The notes below the pieces were generated by a model. The model did no database searches and was not told where the DNA came from. It was given only the letters and a program-made list of their open reading frames with translations. A stretch of DNA of 64,000 nucleotides from Fistulifera solaris (lineage: Eukaryota), in NCBI GenBank assembly GCA_030295235.1, contig AP026123.1, forward strand, positions 372,001 through 436,000. The letters run 5' to 3'. A program made the translations under genes and the position numbers. The first letter of the stretch is position 1. Each line of letters opens with the position of its first letter. This document shows positions 25,232 to 37,914 of this stretch, in pieces.

Positions 25232-25750
25232 AGTGATGGCGCAAAGGTGAAGTAGAATGAATGGAACTATGGTCAAACAACGCAAAACGAAATAAGTGAG
25301 TCAATAATAAGCGACGAAGGAATTTTGTGTGATGTTTGATGTGCTGCGACTGCTGACGCGATGCGAAAAGCCGATGTTTCTGTTTCTTACGATTAACGAG
25401 TGAAAATCAGTCACGAATAATGTTTATGTTTTTCGTTTTGCGAACATGGTAATAATAGACGAAGGCGTTTTCCATTTCCGCCAGAAAACAACGATCATAA
25501 CTTTGCGTTTTAGTGGGAACTCCATTCGCTTACGACAGGACACGTCCACAATCGTGATATCGTACACAAGCCTCTTGGTATACGTCTTTAGCCGCAACAA
25601 ATTGAATTTGATTTTAAACAAAACATGCCTACTTGCAAAGAGATTCATTGAAAAAAATCTAATGGTATTTTCCGCTCGTTTAACAATTACCCAGCAAGCG
25701 TGGGCTAGGATCTTTCATGCAAAGCTACGAGTTTAGCGTACAAGGTACCG

Positions 25751-28700
25751 GCGATCTGCCGGCTCACTCTGAATTCGTCAATGTTGAGTCTTCTAGAATT
25801 TAACGCCAGAGCTCTGAAATAAGAAGTACTAGTGGGTTTAGAGTCACTTTTCAGTGACTCTCTACGAGGGTGCTAACCCCAAACCTTACGGTTTGCAGCG
25901 AACGTTTTCCGGTTAGGCAATGTGCGCGCCTCTCCCCCCAACACCAGAAGAGGGATGTTGGGGGGACCGGGTGGTGGGTGGAAAAGAAAAAGAATCAATT
26001 AACCTGATCCGGGTTGCAGTCGACAAGTGCCACCAGAATCACAAGAGACCCAAACAATTTTCCGAGAAGTGAGCTTTTGCTCTTGATCAGCGTCCAACTC
26101 AAAACTTCTCTTTCGAAGAGCTTGTCAAGAGGTTAAAAGTTGAAACACTTACCAAGTAAATTCCGGATTCCTCTCCATATCCTTATTCCTTATTCATCAT
26201 TTACCTCGGAGCACCCTCTTAGTCAAGAGACACGATAGGCGATCTGCCGGCTCACTCTGAATTCGTCAATGTTGAGTCTTCTAGAATTTAACGCCAGAGC
26301 TCTGAAATAAGAAGTACTAGAGTGGGTTTAGAGTCACTTTTCAGTGACTCTCTACGAGGGTGCTAACCCCAAACCTTATGGTTTGCAGTTAAATGGCCAC
26401 CCTGAACATTCACTTCCATCTGAGCGCAGCGTCCCAAATACTGAAGCCAGAGAATCCGTTCCGGACCCAATCCGCGGACGGGATTGGGCAAGGCGTACGT
26501 TGAGGGGGGCCGAAGCATGCCTCAAAATCCGCAGTCCCGGCCAAGGGACTGAAGACTGATCACTGGGTCCCGCATCCAAGTAACTAACGTCTCAAAAGTC
26601 AGCGAACGTTTTCCGGTTAGGCAATGTGCGCGCCTCTCCCCCCTCGAACCCAACTTGGCACTCCTGTGTCGATCCCACAGCATGACTTCGGTCATCCTCC
26701 TTCACAGGACTCCGAAACCACATCGACTATCGCCTATCCCTTTACTATCGCCTATCCCTTCCTTATTTCAATTCATTCATTGCGACTCCTTTAACGTACA
26801 CCGACAACTTCTTCGGTAAAAAAAATTGCTTTCAACGTGGTCAGCTTTGTATCACTCAAGCCCCAGCGTCCAAATCCGCATCTTAAGAAAGGACCGAACT
26901 GCAAAAAATGCCAGTCAACCGTCCAATCGGATTCGACTTGCCCACAGTGTGTCAACCAGAGAAGAAACAAACGAGCCATATCTCTGGCGTCAAATAAACG
27001 CATTCCGTCAAAGATGCCCGCGATGCCAAATCGCGGCAAAAGGCCGACCACAAAGGACGAGCTACCACAACAAGAAAATGTCACTGTGGCGTGGTTGACA
27101 CGTAATTTATCCAGGCTTCGACGTCGGAAGCTGCATCGTTGCTATGAAATAACAAACTCAATCCGACAACGATTTTCGCGCGGCAAAAAGCCGACCACAA
27201 AGGAAGAGCAACCCATACAAGAAGAGGTCTTCGATTGCGTCATGGTCGACTTTACCGATATTCCAGACTTCGACATCGGAAGCAGAATCTTTGCCGAAGA
27301 ATAATAAACTGAATCCGACAAAGATAACCGCAATTGCAAGTCGCGGCAAAAGGCCAATCCGCAACAAGAACAGCTCTTAGAATACGGCGTGGCGGACATT
27401 AATTTCATCCTGGCTTCAATTTCAAAAGCCGCCTCTTTTCCGAAAAGTAACCAACTCAATTCGACAAAGATACCCGCGATTGCAAGCAGCGAAATCAAGC
27501 CGACCACAAAGGAAGAACAACCGCACCAAGAAAAGCTTTTGTATTGCGGTGTGGCCGACATTGACAAATCCATGCCTTGACGTTAGAAGCAGCATCTTTG
27601 CCGAAGAATAACGAACTTATTCCGACAAAACATGCCCGCGATTGCAAGTCGCAACAACAAACCGACCACAAGGGGAGAACTACCGCAACAAGAAGAGGTC
27701 TCGAGTTGCGGCGTGGCCGACGTAAGTTTCAAGCAGGCTTTGACGTTCGAATAAGCATACTTTCCGAATAATAGCAAACTGAATCCGACAAAGATGCCGG
27801 CAATTGCAAGTCGAGACAACAAGCCAACCACAAAGGAAGAACAACCGCAATAAGAGAAGCTCTTGACTTGCGGTGTGGCCGACATTGAAATAATCCAAGC
27901 TTCGACGTTAGAAGCCGCCTCTTTCCGAAAAGTAACGACTTAATTCGACGAAGATGCCCGCTATTGCAAGTCGCGACGCCAAGCCGACCATACAGGAAGA
28001 ACAACCGCATCAAGAAGAGCTCCTGGAATGCGGCGTGGCCGACTGAGTTTCATCCAGGCTTCAACGTCAAAAGCAGCATCTTTGCCGAAAAGTAACGAAC
28101 TCATTCCGACAAAGATGCCCGCAATTGCAAGGCGCGAAAACAAGTCGACCACACAGGAAGAACAACCGCAGCACGAGGAGGTCTCGAGTTGCGGCGTGGC
28201 CGACAAAGAATTATTCAAGCTCCAACGTCCCAAGCTTCATCGTTGCCAACAAATAACAAACTCAATCTGACAAAGATGCCCGCATTTGCAAGTTGCGACA
28301 CCAAGCCGACCACAAAGGAAGAGCAACCGCAACAAGAATGCGCTTGTATTGCGACATGGCCGACGTAGGTTTCAACCCAGCTTCGACGTTCGAAGCAGCA
28401 GCTTTGCTGACGAATAACATATTGAATCCGACAAAAATACCCGCGATTGCAAGTCGCGGCAAAAATGCCAACCACAAAGAGAGAACAACCGCATCAAGAA
28501 GAGCTCCTGGAATGCGGCGTGGCCGACATGAGTTTCATCCAGGCTTCAACGTCAAAAGCAGCATCTTTGCCGAAAAGTAACGAACTCATTCCAACAAAGA
28601 TGCCCGCAATTGCAAGACGCGAAAACAAGCCGACCACACAAGAAGAACAACCGCAGCAAGAGGAGGCCTCGAGTTGCGGCGTGCCCGACAGTAAAATAAT

Positions 28701-31700
28701 TCAAGCTCCAACGTCCGAAGCTTCATCTTTGCCGACAAATAACAAACTCAATCTGACAAAGATGCCCGCATTTGCAAGTCGCAACACCAAGCCGACCACA
28801 AAGGAAGAACAACCGCAACAAGAAAAGCTCCTGTATTGCGGCGTGGCCGACAGTAAAATAACCCAAGCTTCGACGTTCGAAGCACCATCTTTGCCGAAGA
28901 ATAACGAACTTATCCCGACCAAGATGCTCGCGATTGCAAGTCGCGACACCAAGCCGACCACACAGGAAGAACAACCGCAACAAGAAAAGCTCCTGTGTTG
29001 CGGCGTGGCCGACAATAAAATAATCCAAGCTTCGACGTTCGAAGCAACATCTTTGCCGAAGAATAACGAACTCCATTACGACCAAGATGCCCGTGATTGC
29101 AAATTGCGATACCAAGCCGATCACAAAATAAGAACAACCGCAACAAGAAAAGCTCCTGTGTCGCGGCGTGGCCGACATCATAATAATCTAAGCTTCGACG
29201 TTCGAAGCAGCAACTTTGCCGAAGAATAACAAACTCCATTACGACCAAGATGCCCGCGATTGCAAGTCGCGACACCAAGTCGACCACACAGGAAGAACAA
29301 CCGCAACAAGAAAAGCTCCTGTGTTGCGGCGTGGCCGACAATAAAATAATCCAAGCTTCGACGTTCGGAGCGGCAACTTTGCCGAAAAATAACGGACTTA
29401 TCCCGACGAAGATGCCCGCGATTGCCAGTCGCGACACACAAGCCGACCACACAGGAAGAACAACCGCAACAAGAAAAGCTCCTGTGTTGCGGCGTGGCCT
29501 ACAATAAAATAACCCAAGCTTCGACGTTCGAAGCAGCAACTTTGCCGAAGAATAACGAACTTATCCCGACCAAGATGCCCGCATTTGCAAATCGCGACAC
29601 CAAGCCGATCACACAGGAAGAACAACTGCAACAAGAAAAGCTCCTGTGTTGCGGGGTGGCCGACATTAAAATAACCCAAGCTTCGACGTTCGAAGCACCA
29701 TCTTTGCCGAAGAATAACGAACTTATCCCGACCAAGATGCTCGCGATTGCAAGTCGCGACACCAAGCCGACCACACAGGAAGAACAACCGCAACAAGAAA
29801 AGCTCCTGTGTTGCGGCGTGGCCGACAATAAAATAATCCAAGCTTCGACGTTCGAAGCAACATCTTTGCCGAAGAATAACGAACTCCATTACGACCAAGA
29901 TGCCCGTGATTGCAAATTGCGATACCAAGCCGATCACAAAATAAGAACAACCGCAACAAGAAAAGCTCCTGTGTCGCGGCGTGGCCGACATCATAATAAT
30001 CTAAGCTTCGACGTTCGAAGCAGCATCTTTGCCGAAGAATAACGAACTTATCCCGACCAAGATGCCCGCGATTGCAAGTCGCGTCACCAGGCCGACCACA
30101 CAGGAAGAACAACCGCAACAAGAAAAGCTCCTGTGTTGCGGCGTGGCCTACAATAAAATAACCCAAGCTTCGACGTTCGAAGCAGCAACTTAGCCGAAGA
30201 ATAACGAACTTATCCCGACCAAGATGCCCGCATTTGCAAATCGCGACACCAAGCCGATCACACAGGAAGAACAACTGCAACAAGAAAAGCTCCTGTGTTG
30301 CGGCGTGGCCGACATTAAAATAACCCAAGCTTCGACGTTCGAAGCACCATCTTTGCCGAAGAATAACGAACTTATCCCGACCAAGATGCTCGCGATTGCA
30401 AGTCGCGACACCAAGCCGACCACACAGGAAGAACAACCGCAACAAGAAAAGCTCCTGTGTTGCGGCGTGGCCGACAATAAAATAATCCAAGCTTCGACGT
30501 TCGAAGCAACATCTTTGCCGAAGAATAACGAACTCCATTACGACCAAGATGCCCGTGATTGCAAATTGCGATACCAAGCCGATCACAAAATAAGAACAAC
30601 CGCAACAAGAAAAGCTCCTGTGTCGCGGCGTGGCCGACATCATAATAATCTAAGCTTCGACGTTCGAAGCAGCAACTTTGCCGAAGAATAACAAACTCCA
30701 TTACGACCAAGATGCCCGCGATTGCAAGTCGCGACACCAAGTCGACCACACAGGAAGAACAACCGCAACAAGAAAAGCTCCTGTGTTGCGGCGTGGCCGA
30801 CAATAAAATAATCCAAGCTTCGACGTTCGGAGCGGCAACTTTGCCGAAAAATAACGGACTTATCCCGACGAAGATGCCCGCGATTGCCAGTCGCGACACA
30901 CAAGCCGACCACACAGGAAGAACAACCGCAACAAGAAAAGCTCCTGTGTTGCGGCGTGGCCGACAATAAAATAACCCAAGCTTCGACGTTCGAAGTAGCA
31001 TCTTTGCCGACAAATAACAAAGTCAATCTGACAAAGCTGCCCTCGATTGCAAGTCGAGGTCAAAAGCCGACCACAAGGGGAGAGCTAACGCAACAAGAAG
31101 AGGTCTTGAGTTGCGGCGCAGTCGACCATAAAAATGATCCAAACTTCGACGTTCGAAGCAGCATCTTTGCCGAAAAATAACGGACTTTTCCCGACGAAGA
31201 TGCCCGCGATTGCCAGTCGCGACACACAAGCCGATCACACAGGAAGAACAACCGCAGCAAGAAAAGCTCCTGTGTTGCGGCGTGGCCGACAATAAAATAA
31301 CCCAAGCTTCGACGTTCGAAGTAGCATCTTTGCCGACAAATAACAAAGTCAATCTGACAAAGCTGCCCTCGATTGCAAGTCGAGGTCAAAAGCCGACCAC
31401 AAGGGGGAGAGCTAACGCAACAAGAAGAGGTCTTGAGTTGCGGCGCAGTCGACCATAAAAATGATCCAAACTTCGACGTCAGAAGCTTTATCCTGCCGAC
31501 GAAGAACTAAGTTAATTCGGCGAAGATCCCCGCGATAGCACGTCGCGGTCAAAAGCCGACAACAGAAGAAGAAATACGGCAACAAGAAAGCCCACTAGTC
31601 GCGTCGTAGTTGACTATGAAACAAGCCATGCTTCGATGCCCGAGGCTGCACCATTGCCGAAGAAAATCCATTGCAATTCGACAATATTGCCCGCGTTTGC

Positions 31701-33420
31701 AAGTCGCGGTGATTAGTCGACCACAAAAGGAGGACTACCGCAACAAGAAGAGGTCGCAAATTGCGGCGTGATCGACCATAAAAAAAAACTCCAGACTTAG
31801 ACGTAGGAAGCTTCATTCTGCCAATATAAAACCCATCTAATTCAACGAAGATTTCCGCGATATCTCGTTGCGGTCAATAGCCGACCACAAAAGAAGAAAT
31901 ACCGCAAGAAAAGATCTCAAGTCTCGCCGTCGTCGACTATGAAACAAGCCTTCTTCGATGACCGAAGCCGCGTCATTACCAAAAAATTCAACTTGATGCT
32001 CACAGTTGCAAGTCTCGGTTCATGGTCGACCACATAGGGAGATCTACCGCCACGAGAAGATGTTGCACGATGGGGCGTGGCCGACCATAAAAGAATCCAA
32101 ACTTTGACGTTCGAGCCCACATCTTTGTAAAAGGAACAAATTTGATCCGACAAAGATGCACGCGATAACAAGTCGCGTCACAAGTCGAAAACTACCGCTA
32201 CAAGGAAAGGTCTCAAGCTGCGGCGCGGTCGATTAGAAAAAATGATCCCAGCTTCGACATCGGAAGCTACATCATTGCCAACGAATAAAAATGTCAACTC
32301 GACAATAATGCCCGCGATTGCAATTCGCGGTCAATAGTCGACCACAAAGGAAGAACTACTGCAACGAGACAAGGTCTCAAGTTGCGGAAGGGTCGACCAT
32401 AAAAAAATGATCCAAATATTGACTTTCGCAGCAGGATCTCTGCCGACGAAGAACAAAGTCAATTCAACGAAGATTTTCGCGATAGCACGTCACGGTCAAA
32501 AGCCGACCACAAAAGAAGAAATATCGCAACAAGAAAAGCTCCCAAGTTGCGCCGAGGTCGACTGCAAAACAAGCCAGGCTTCGATGCCCGAAGCCGCATC
32601 GTTGCCGACGACACTCCATTTCACTTCGACATTAATGCCCGCGGTTGCAAGTCGCAGTGAATAGTTGACCACAAAGCGAGAACTACCGCAACAAGAAGAG
32701 GTCTCAAGTTGCGGCGTGGACGACCATAAAGTATCCGAGCTTGAAATTCAACAAAGATGCCCCGCCCCGGGTGTCAGTCGTGGTCAAAGTCGCATGAGAA
32801 TAAGATCTTGTGCGTGCCCGTGGTATCAAAATTTGTGGTGAAAAATCTATTCCAAAAGCAAAAGGATCCCTGGCTCAAGTCGTCGTGAAAAACACCAAAT
32901 AGAAGAGAAAGAGAAAACGCTATCAAAGCAAATCAGCGTTTCGCTAGCGAAGCATTCATTTCTCAAACATCCAACAGCAAAATATTATCGTGAAAGAAGA
33001 TATACGCGGGGCAGAGAAAGGAATGGCGATCCCCCCTCGTGCCCCTAAAGCAGAAAAGACTGACCCAACAACAGCAAACATGACTTCGGCAGAAGTCATC
33101 CGTTGTCGGGCCCTAACGGAAAAATAGCCTGGACTCGAGGATCCGGATAGCGACAACGTGAATCAGGTTTAAAAGAAAAAAAATCAATTAACCTGATCCG
33201 GGTTGCAGTCGACAAGTGCCACCAGAATCACAAGAGACCCAAACAATTTTCCGAGAAGTGAGCTTTTGCTCTTGATCAGCGTCCAACTCAAAACTTCTCT
33301 TTCGAAGAGCTTGTCAAGAGGTTAAAAGTTGAAACACTTACCAAGTAAATTCCGGATTCCTCTCCATATCCTTATTCATCATTTACCTCGGAGCACCCTC
33401 TTAGTCAAGAGACACGATAG
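25751..33420 (-). mobile_element. Non-autonomous element with split direct repeats (on minus strand A1-internal-B1-A2-spacer-B2), resembling PAT/Ngaro/TOC1-type tyrosine-recombinase retroelements
   Basis: A = 33171-33420 and 25982-26238; B = 26239-26643 and 25751-25939; unique 42-bp spacer 25940-25981; no TSD; no RT/YR ORF seen. Confidence 0.75.
27010..32770. repeat. ~162-bp minisatellite, ~35 copies, homogeneous core with higher-order structure and divergent edges
   Basis: Unit translates on + as KMPAIASRDTKPTTQEEQPQQEKLLCCGVADNKIIQASTFEAASLPKNNELIPT (54 aa); diagnostic variants recur at 649, 813, 1462 and 326 bp spacings. Confidence 0.95.
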
Positions 33421-33921
33421 CTTCGCTTTCGTTCATACAACTCAAAGTCGTACATTACTCTATCCGATACATGTCTATCAGTCATCAAACGAAAGAAAGC
33501 TCAAAAATTCTAATTGTTGCCGAGATGGCCTTGATTTGTTGTGTCGTTAGTTCGTAACAATCAGACACGACTGGATCTCAGTCATCAGTCATCAGGGATG
33601 CCTGATTTCGTTGTCTGTGAGTTCCCTACTCTAAAAACTACTGTATGACTCTGGCTTACTAAGCTTATTAACCCCAAAGCGTGAAATCAGAAACCCTTAA
33701 TCGTGATGCTACTTGATGACCGAGCCAGAAGGCCTGCTATAGTTGGTGATAGTACTTCATTTATAGTCATTTCCTTAAGGTTTTTTGTTTGTTAAGTCTC
33801 TGCGGTCACTGGTTGTTGGATGGACTTTTTCCAGTTTTTCCGACCAACACAAAATCCGGCGAGGAATGAAAAACAATGGGCATGCTCATCGCATCATAAA
33901 GGATTTCAACAATAAACTACA

Positions 33922-36157
33922 ATGCTATCACTGCTATGTATCTCTCTTCTACTACAAGCGTCGGCGTCAACGATAAGAGGGAGGAGGCACGCAACAGCGA
34001 ATATTTTTGACCCAACAGCAGCTCATATCGTTGGTGGAATCGAGGTTCCTGATGGAAAGTACCCGAGTTATGGGCATGTTGTTAGCGGTCAGCTTTGCGG
34101 TGGAACACTCATCCGTCCTGATGTGTTGTTGACAGCTGCTCACTGCTCTTCTGCGTTTCAGTCGGATGTCTTTGTTGGATCCACGATGATCTCTGGTGGG
34201 CCGAATGGTGAAGAAATAGGGATCAAGCAAATTTTTCCACACGAAGAATACGAACCGGGTACCGAACAAAACGTACGTATTACCCCTGCAGCCAAAACGA
34301 TGTTTTTGAGATTTGTAGTCAAACTCACAAGATCAACACCGTCAACATTCTAGGATATTATGCTTGTCTTACTAGACAAACGAAGTGCCGCGCCGCTGAC
34401 AACCTTGAACTTCAATGAACAACTACCTGCTGAGGGCGTAGACGTCACAGTAGTCGGGTTCGGTAAAACATCGGAAGATGCAGAAGTTTCGCCAGCGTTA
34501 ATGGAAGTCGAAGTTCAAGTAATCGGTATGGAAGAGTGCCAGAAGTTGTTGCCTACCCTAGTGGATGAGAAAATGAATTTGTGCGCTGGAGTACTTGCGG
34601 GCGGCAAGGACAGCTGCTCAGGTGATAGTGGCGGCCCTCTTTACGATTCGAAAACTGGTGTGCAATACGGAGTCGTTTCGTTTGGAGTAGGCTGCGCGCG
34701 TGAGAATAAACCAGTAAGTGTCGTTTGCGATCGCCTCACTTTAACGTGACTTGAAACTTGCTAACGATGCGAGTTAGGGTGTTTACACCCGCATAAGTAA
34801 TTACAGGGATTGGATAAGCGCACTCGTTTGTGATATTTCCTCTGATCCTGGAGAATACTGTGAATTGGCTGGAAAGACTGAACTTGACAACACTGATGAG
34901 CAGCCTCCTGCAGCCGACGAGAGCAATTCGGAAACTGAAGTATCTAATTCTACAGTAGGCCACGGAGGAAAACCAGAAGGTGTCGGCAATGGCAATGGAA
35001 AACCTGGCATAAAGCCGGGAGACGATCCCGTAGTCGAGGGTTCAGGAAGTGGTGGTTCGGTACCTTTTAATATCACACCTGATGATGAGATGGAGGGACC
35101 AGGGAATGAGGAGCCAGACTCTGATGACGGGGATAAGAATGTTTTCAATTCGACGATCGATAATGGAAAGAAGCCGGAAGACGGCGGTTACGGAAAGCCC
35201 GGTAACAATTCGCATGGCGTAGAGGACACTGGCGACAGTGACCCTACCAATCACAATTCCACGATGGATGACGGTGGCAAACCGGACGGCATTGATCAGG
35301 GTAAACCCGACGACAAACCAGAAAAGGATTTTGAGAACTCCGCGGACGGCGACACGGTGGACTTTAATTTCACATTAGGCGAAGGGGGGAAACCGGATGG
35401 TGTCGGCAACGGCAAGCCTGGAAGTAAGCCTGTCGACAAGGAAGAAATTGAGGATCAGATGATGTTGAACCAACTGGCCTCAACTCTACACTTGGTAATC
35501 AAGGAAAGCCGGAAGGCGCCGAACAAGGCAAACCAGAAAATGCAACAGGAGTCGATGGGATTGATGGCAAAGACTCAGAGGATGAAATTGAAAGCGGAGA
35601 TTCTGGTGAAGGCGTGAGTTCAGAATTTTACGGGGAGCGACGAAGCGACTCCCGATGATGGCGGCCAAGGCAAACCCGGTAAGGATTCGCAAGACGATGT
35701 AGGGGTTGGCCTCAACTCCACGTCAAACGACTCGGATGAATTGGATGATGATGCTGAATCCGAGGATTCCAGTGACAGTGGACTCAACTCCACATCAACC
35801 GACGGGGACGAACTAGATGACGATGTCGAATCCGAGGACTCTACTGACCTTGGACTCAACTCCACGCTGAGCGGAGGTAAACCAGACGGTGTTGGTGAGG
35901 GTAAGCCTGAGAACGGTAATACATGGAAGCCTGATGTGACTGCCCAAGGAAAACCCGACGAGCCACCTGGAAGACAGAGACAACGAGAGAAAAGGAGGGA
36001 AAAGCGCTTGGAACGGAACAAAGAAAAGCGACTAAAACGTCGTCAAGAACTGCGAAAGAAGACGAGAATGCAGCGTCGCAGACGTAGAAAGAATGAAAAA
36101 GATGAGAAGGGGACTGAAACAACCCGATATCTGCGAACGTTCTTCCTCGATTCATAA
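33922..36157 (+). CDS. Secreted trypsin-like (S1) serine protease with long acidic GKP-repeat tail and basic C-terminus; introns 34273-34353, 34714-34777; frameshifts in tail
   Basis: Signal peptide, [43 protein letters not shown]. Confidence 0.9.
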
Positions 36158-36441
36158 GGATCAAGTTGCATAAGGAATCACTACGTGGCGCAACGCCATG
36201 GAGTGCATAATTCATATCAATACAAAAGTTAGATTACTTCTCGTTAGTACACACTCATCATGGGCGATGGAAGCTGAAACTGCTGGGTAATAACTAACAA
36301 CTAAGGCCATTGTAGTGTCCCCACGGTTACAGAAACTACAATAACTGCAGGCGATTTCAACGCAGCATTAACACTTCCAAAATAACGAAACGTGGATAAC
36401 ATAGCAGCATCATTAGACCATTGATAAAATCATGCTTCAGT

Positions 36442-37249
36442 TTATTCGTTCCACGGCGATAGACAGGCTTTTAATGCCTCAATGTGATCACACTCGGCAA
36501 TTTTGTCAGCGAAAAATGTGCTTTGTTCGCTATACGCTAGGGATTGTTCCCGTAAGCATTGACTAGTAATTTCGTATGAGTCCTTGCACATCCGGCATTC
36601 TTTTGCTCGGCCAGTACAGCTCGCACTAACTCCGTCCGACGGTCGCTCAACAGAGACACAATATGTGGCTCCAATCCTCGAGCAAAACTTTCTTGAATGA
36701 TTTTCCGCATCGCATCCTCCAGAATCATTTCCGCCTGAGGCGACTTGTCTCTATAAGAACTAGCAATTGTTTCCACCGCTTCGGTATAGGTTGGTTCGTA
36801 TTTTCGAAAGTAATTTACAGCTTGGATGGCATCGTATCGAATGTCATTCATTTCCTCCCCGAAATCCATAAATCTTTGAAATCTTTCAAAGAATCAATAC
36901 TGTGAATGTGATTCTTGATACTACCATCTTCTTCATCAAATCGAAACTTCTTGACGATTTTTCTGACCGGCTTGCCAGATGACACGACAGTCTCTGCCAT
37001 CGTTTCAACGTAGTCACTCGGAAGATTGAGGGCACGCGCATGCCCTTGCATCAAATGCATCAAACTTCGGATCGACATTTTGTTCGCAATAGCCATAAAG
37101 ACTGCGACATCTTCGTCTTCCTTTGTGGCATATTTCTTTCGTTTATCGGACTCCTCCTCGCTGTCACTGATCTCGGAGGGGACGGGCAGCTCATCGTCCT
37201 CGATCTTTGGGAACGGCGTTTGCTTTAGATTGTCGGGTACCGGAGGCAT
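36442..37249 (-). CDS. Hypothetical diatom protein (KKFRF...LW...RGLE type), frameshifted
   Basis: ORFs 36848-37249 and 36537-36869 joinable by single-base shifts; a third frame continues to TAA at 36442. Confidence 0.55.
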
Positions 37250-37914
37250 AATTGGAATAGAGCAATAGGCATACTATGGGTTTCGAATGCAATACACAAG
37301 GTGAGAGTTTGTGGGAAAGCTCGTTGAATGGAGGAGGTCAAAATCCTGAATAAACAAAAAGGGACGAGACATATCAAGACGTTCGTTTTTCTCCGCCGTG
37401 TATGTGGTCGTCGGCGTCAACCATTCCCACTCTATGCCTTATACAGCACGATGACTATATTAATTTCCTACAGACATCTATGACCAATGACCGATTCAAC
37501 CAATCAAACTTCTTGAGCAAGTACCGGACACGAGGGAAGATGTTCTTCCAAATTCATTCCTGCTTTCTTAAATCACTAATCCGGGTTCCTGAATGAATCT
37601 TTTGACGAAAGACGAAACTAAAGACTATATGTATGATTAATTTTACTAGGATTATTGAATTTTCGACTGAATTTTCCACTGTTTTGTCGCAAATATCTTC
37701 TTTTTTTTCTTTTCATTCAGAAACTTCGATTCTGAGTCACTGTACCACAGTTAGTAGTAAAGCGACAAACCTGCGCCGGTTTCCCAGTGCGGAGGATTGC
37801 GCTGTGGCGCGCCGTCTCTCGGATTTCGCAATAACATGCTCACCGATCGAACCAGCGAAAGACTCAAACGAGATCGGATGATGTTCTTTAGGACGAAACG
37901 GAAACGTATGAAAT

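Noticed and set aside
26520..26580. Hammerhead ribozyme (CTGAAGA next to a hairpin), as in Penelope pseudo-LTRs
   Set aside because: No GAAA core after a stem II could be found by eye.
25982..33420. Classical LTR retrotransposon using Y/Y' as LTRs
   Set aside because: No TG...CA ends, PBS, TSD or gag/pol; does not explain the extra X repeat.
33592..33697. Small hAT-like MITE (agggatgcctgatttc ... gaaatcagaaaccct)
   Set aside because: Inverted repeat is imperfect and there is no TSD.
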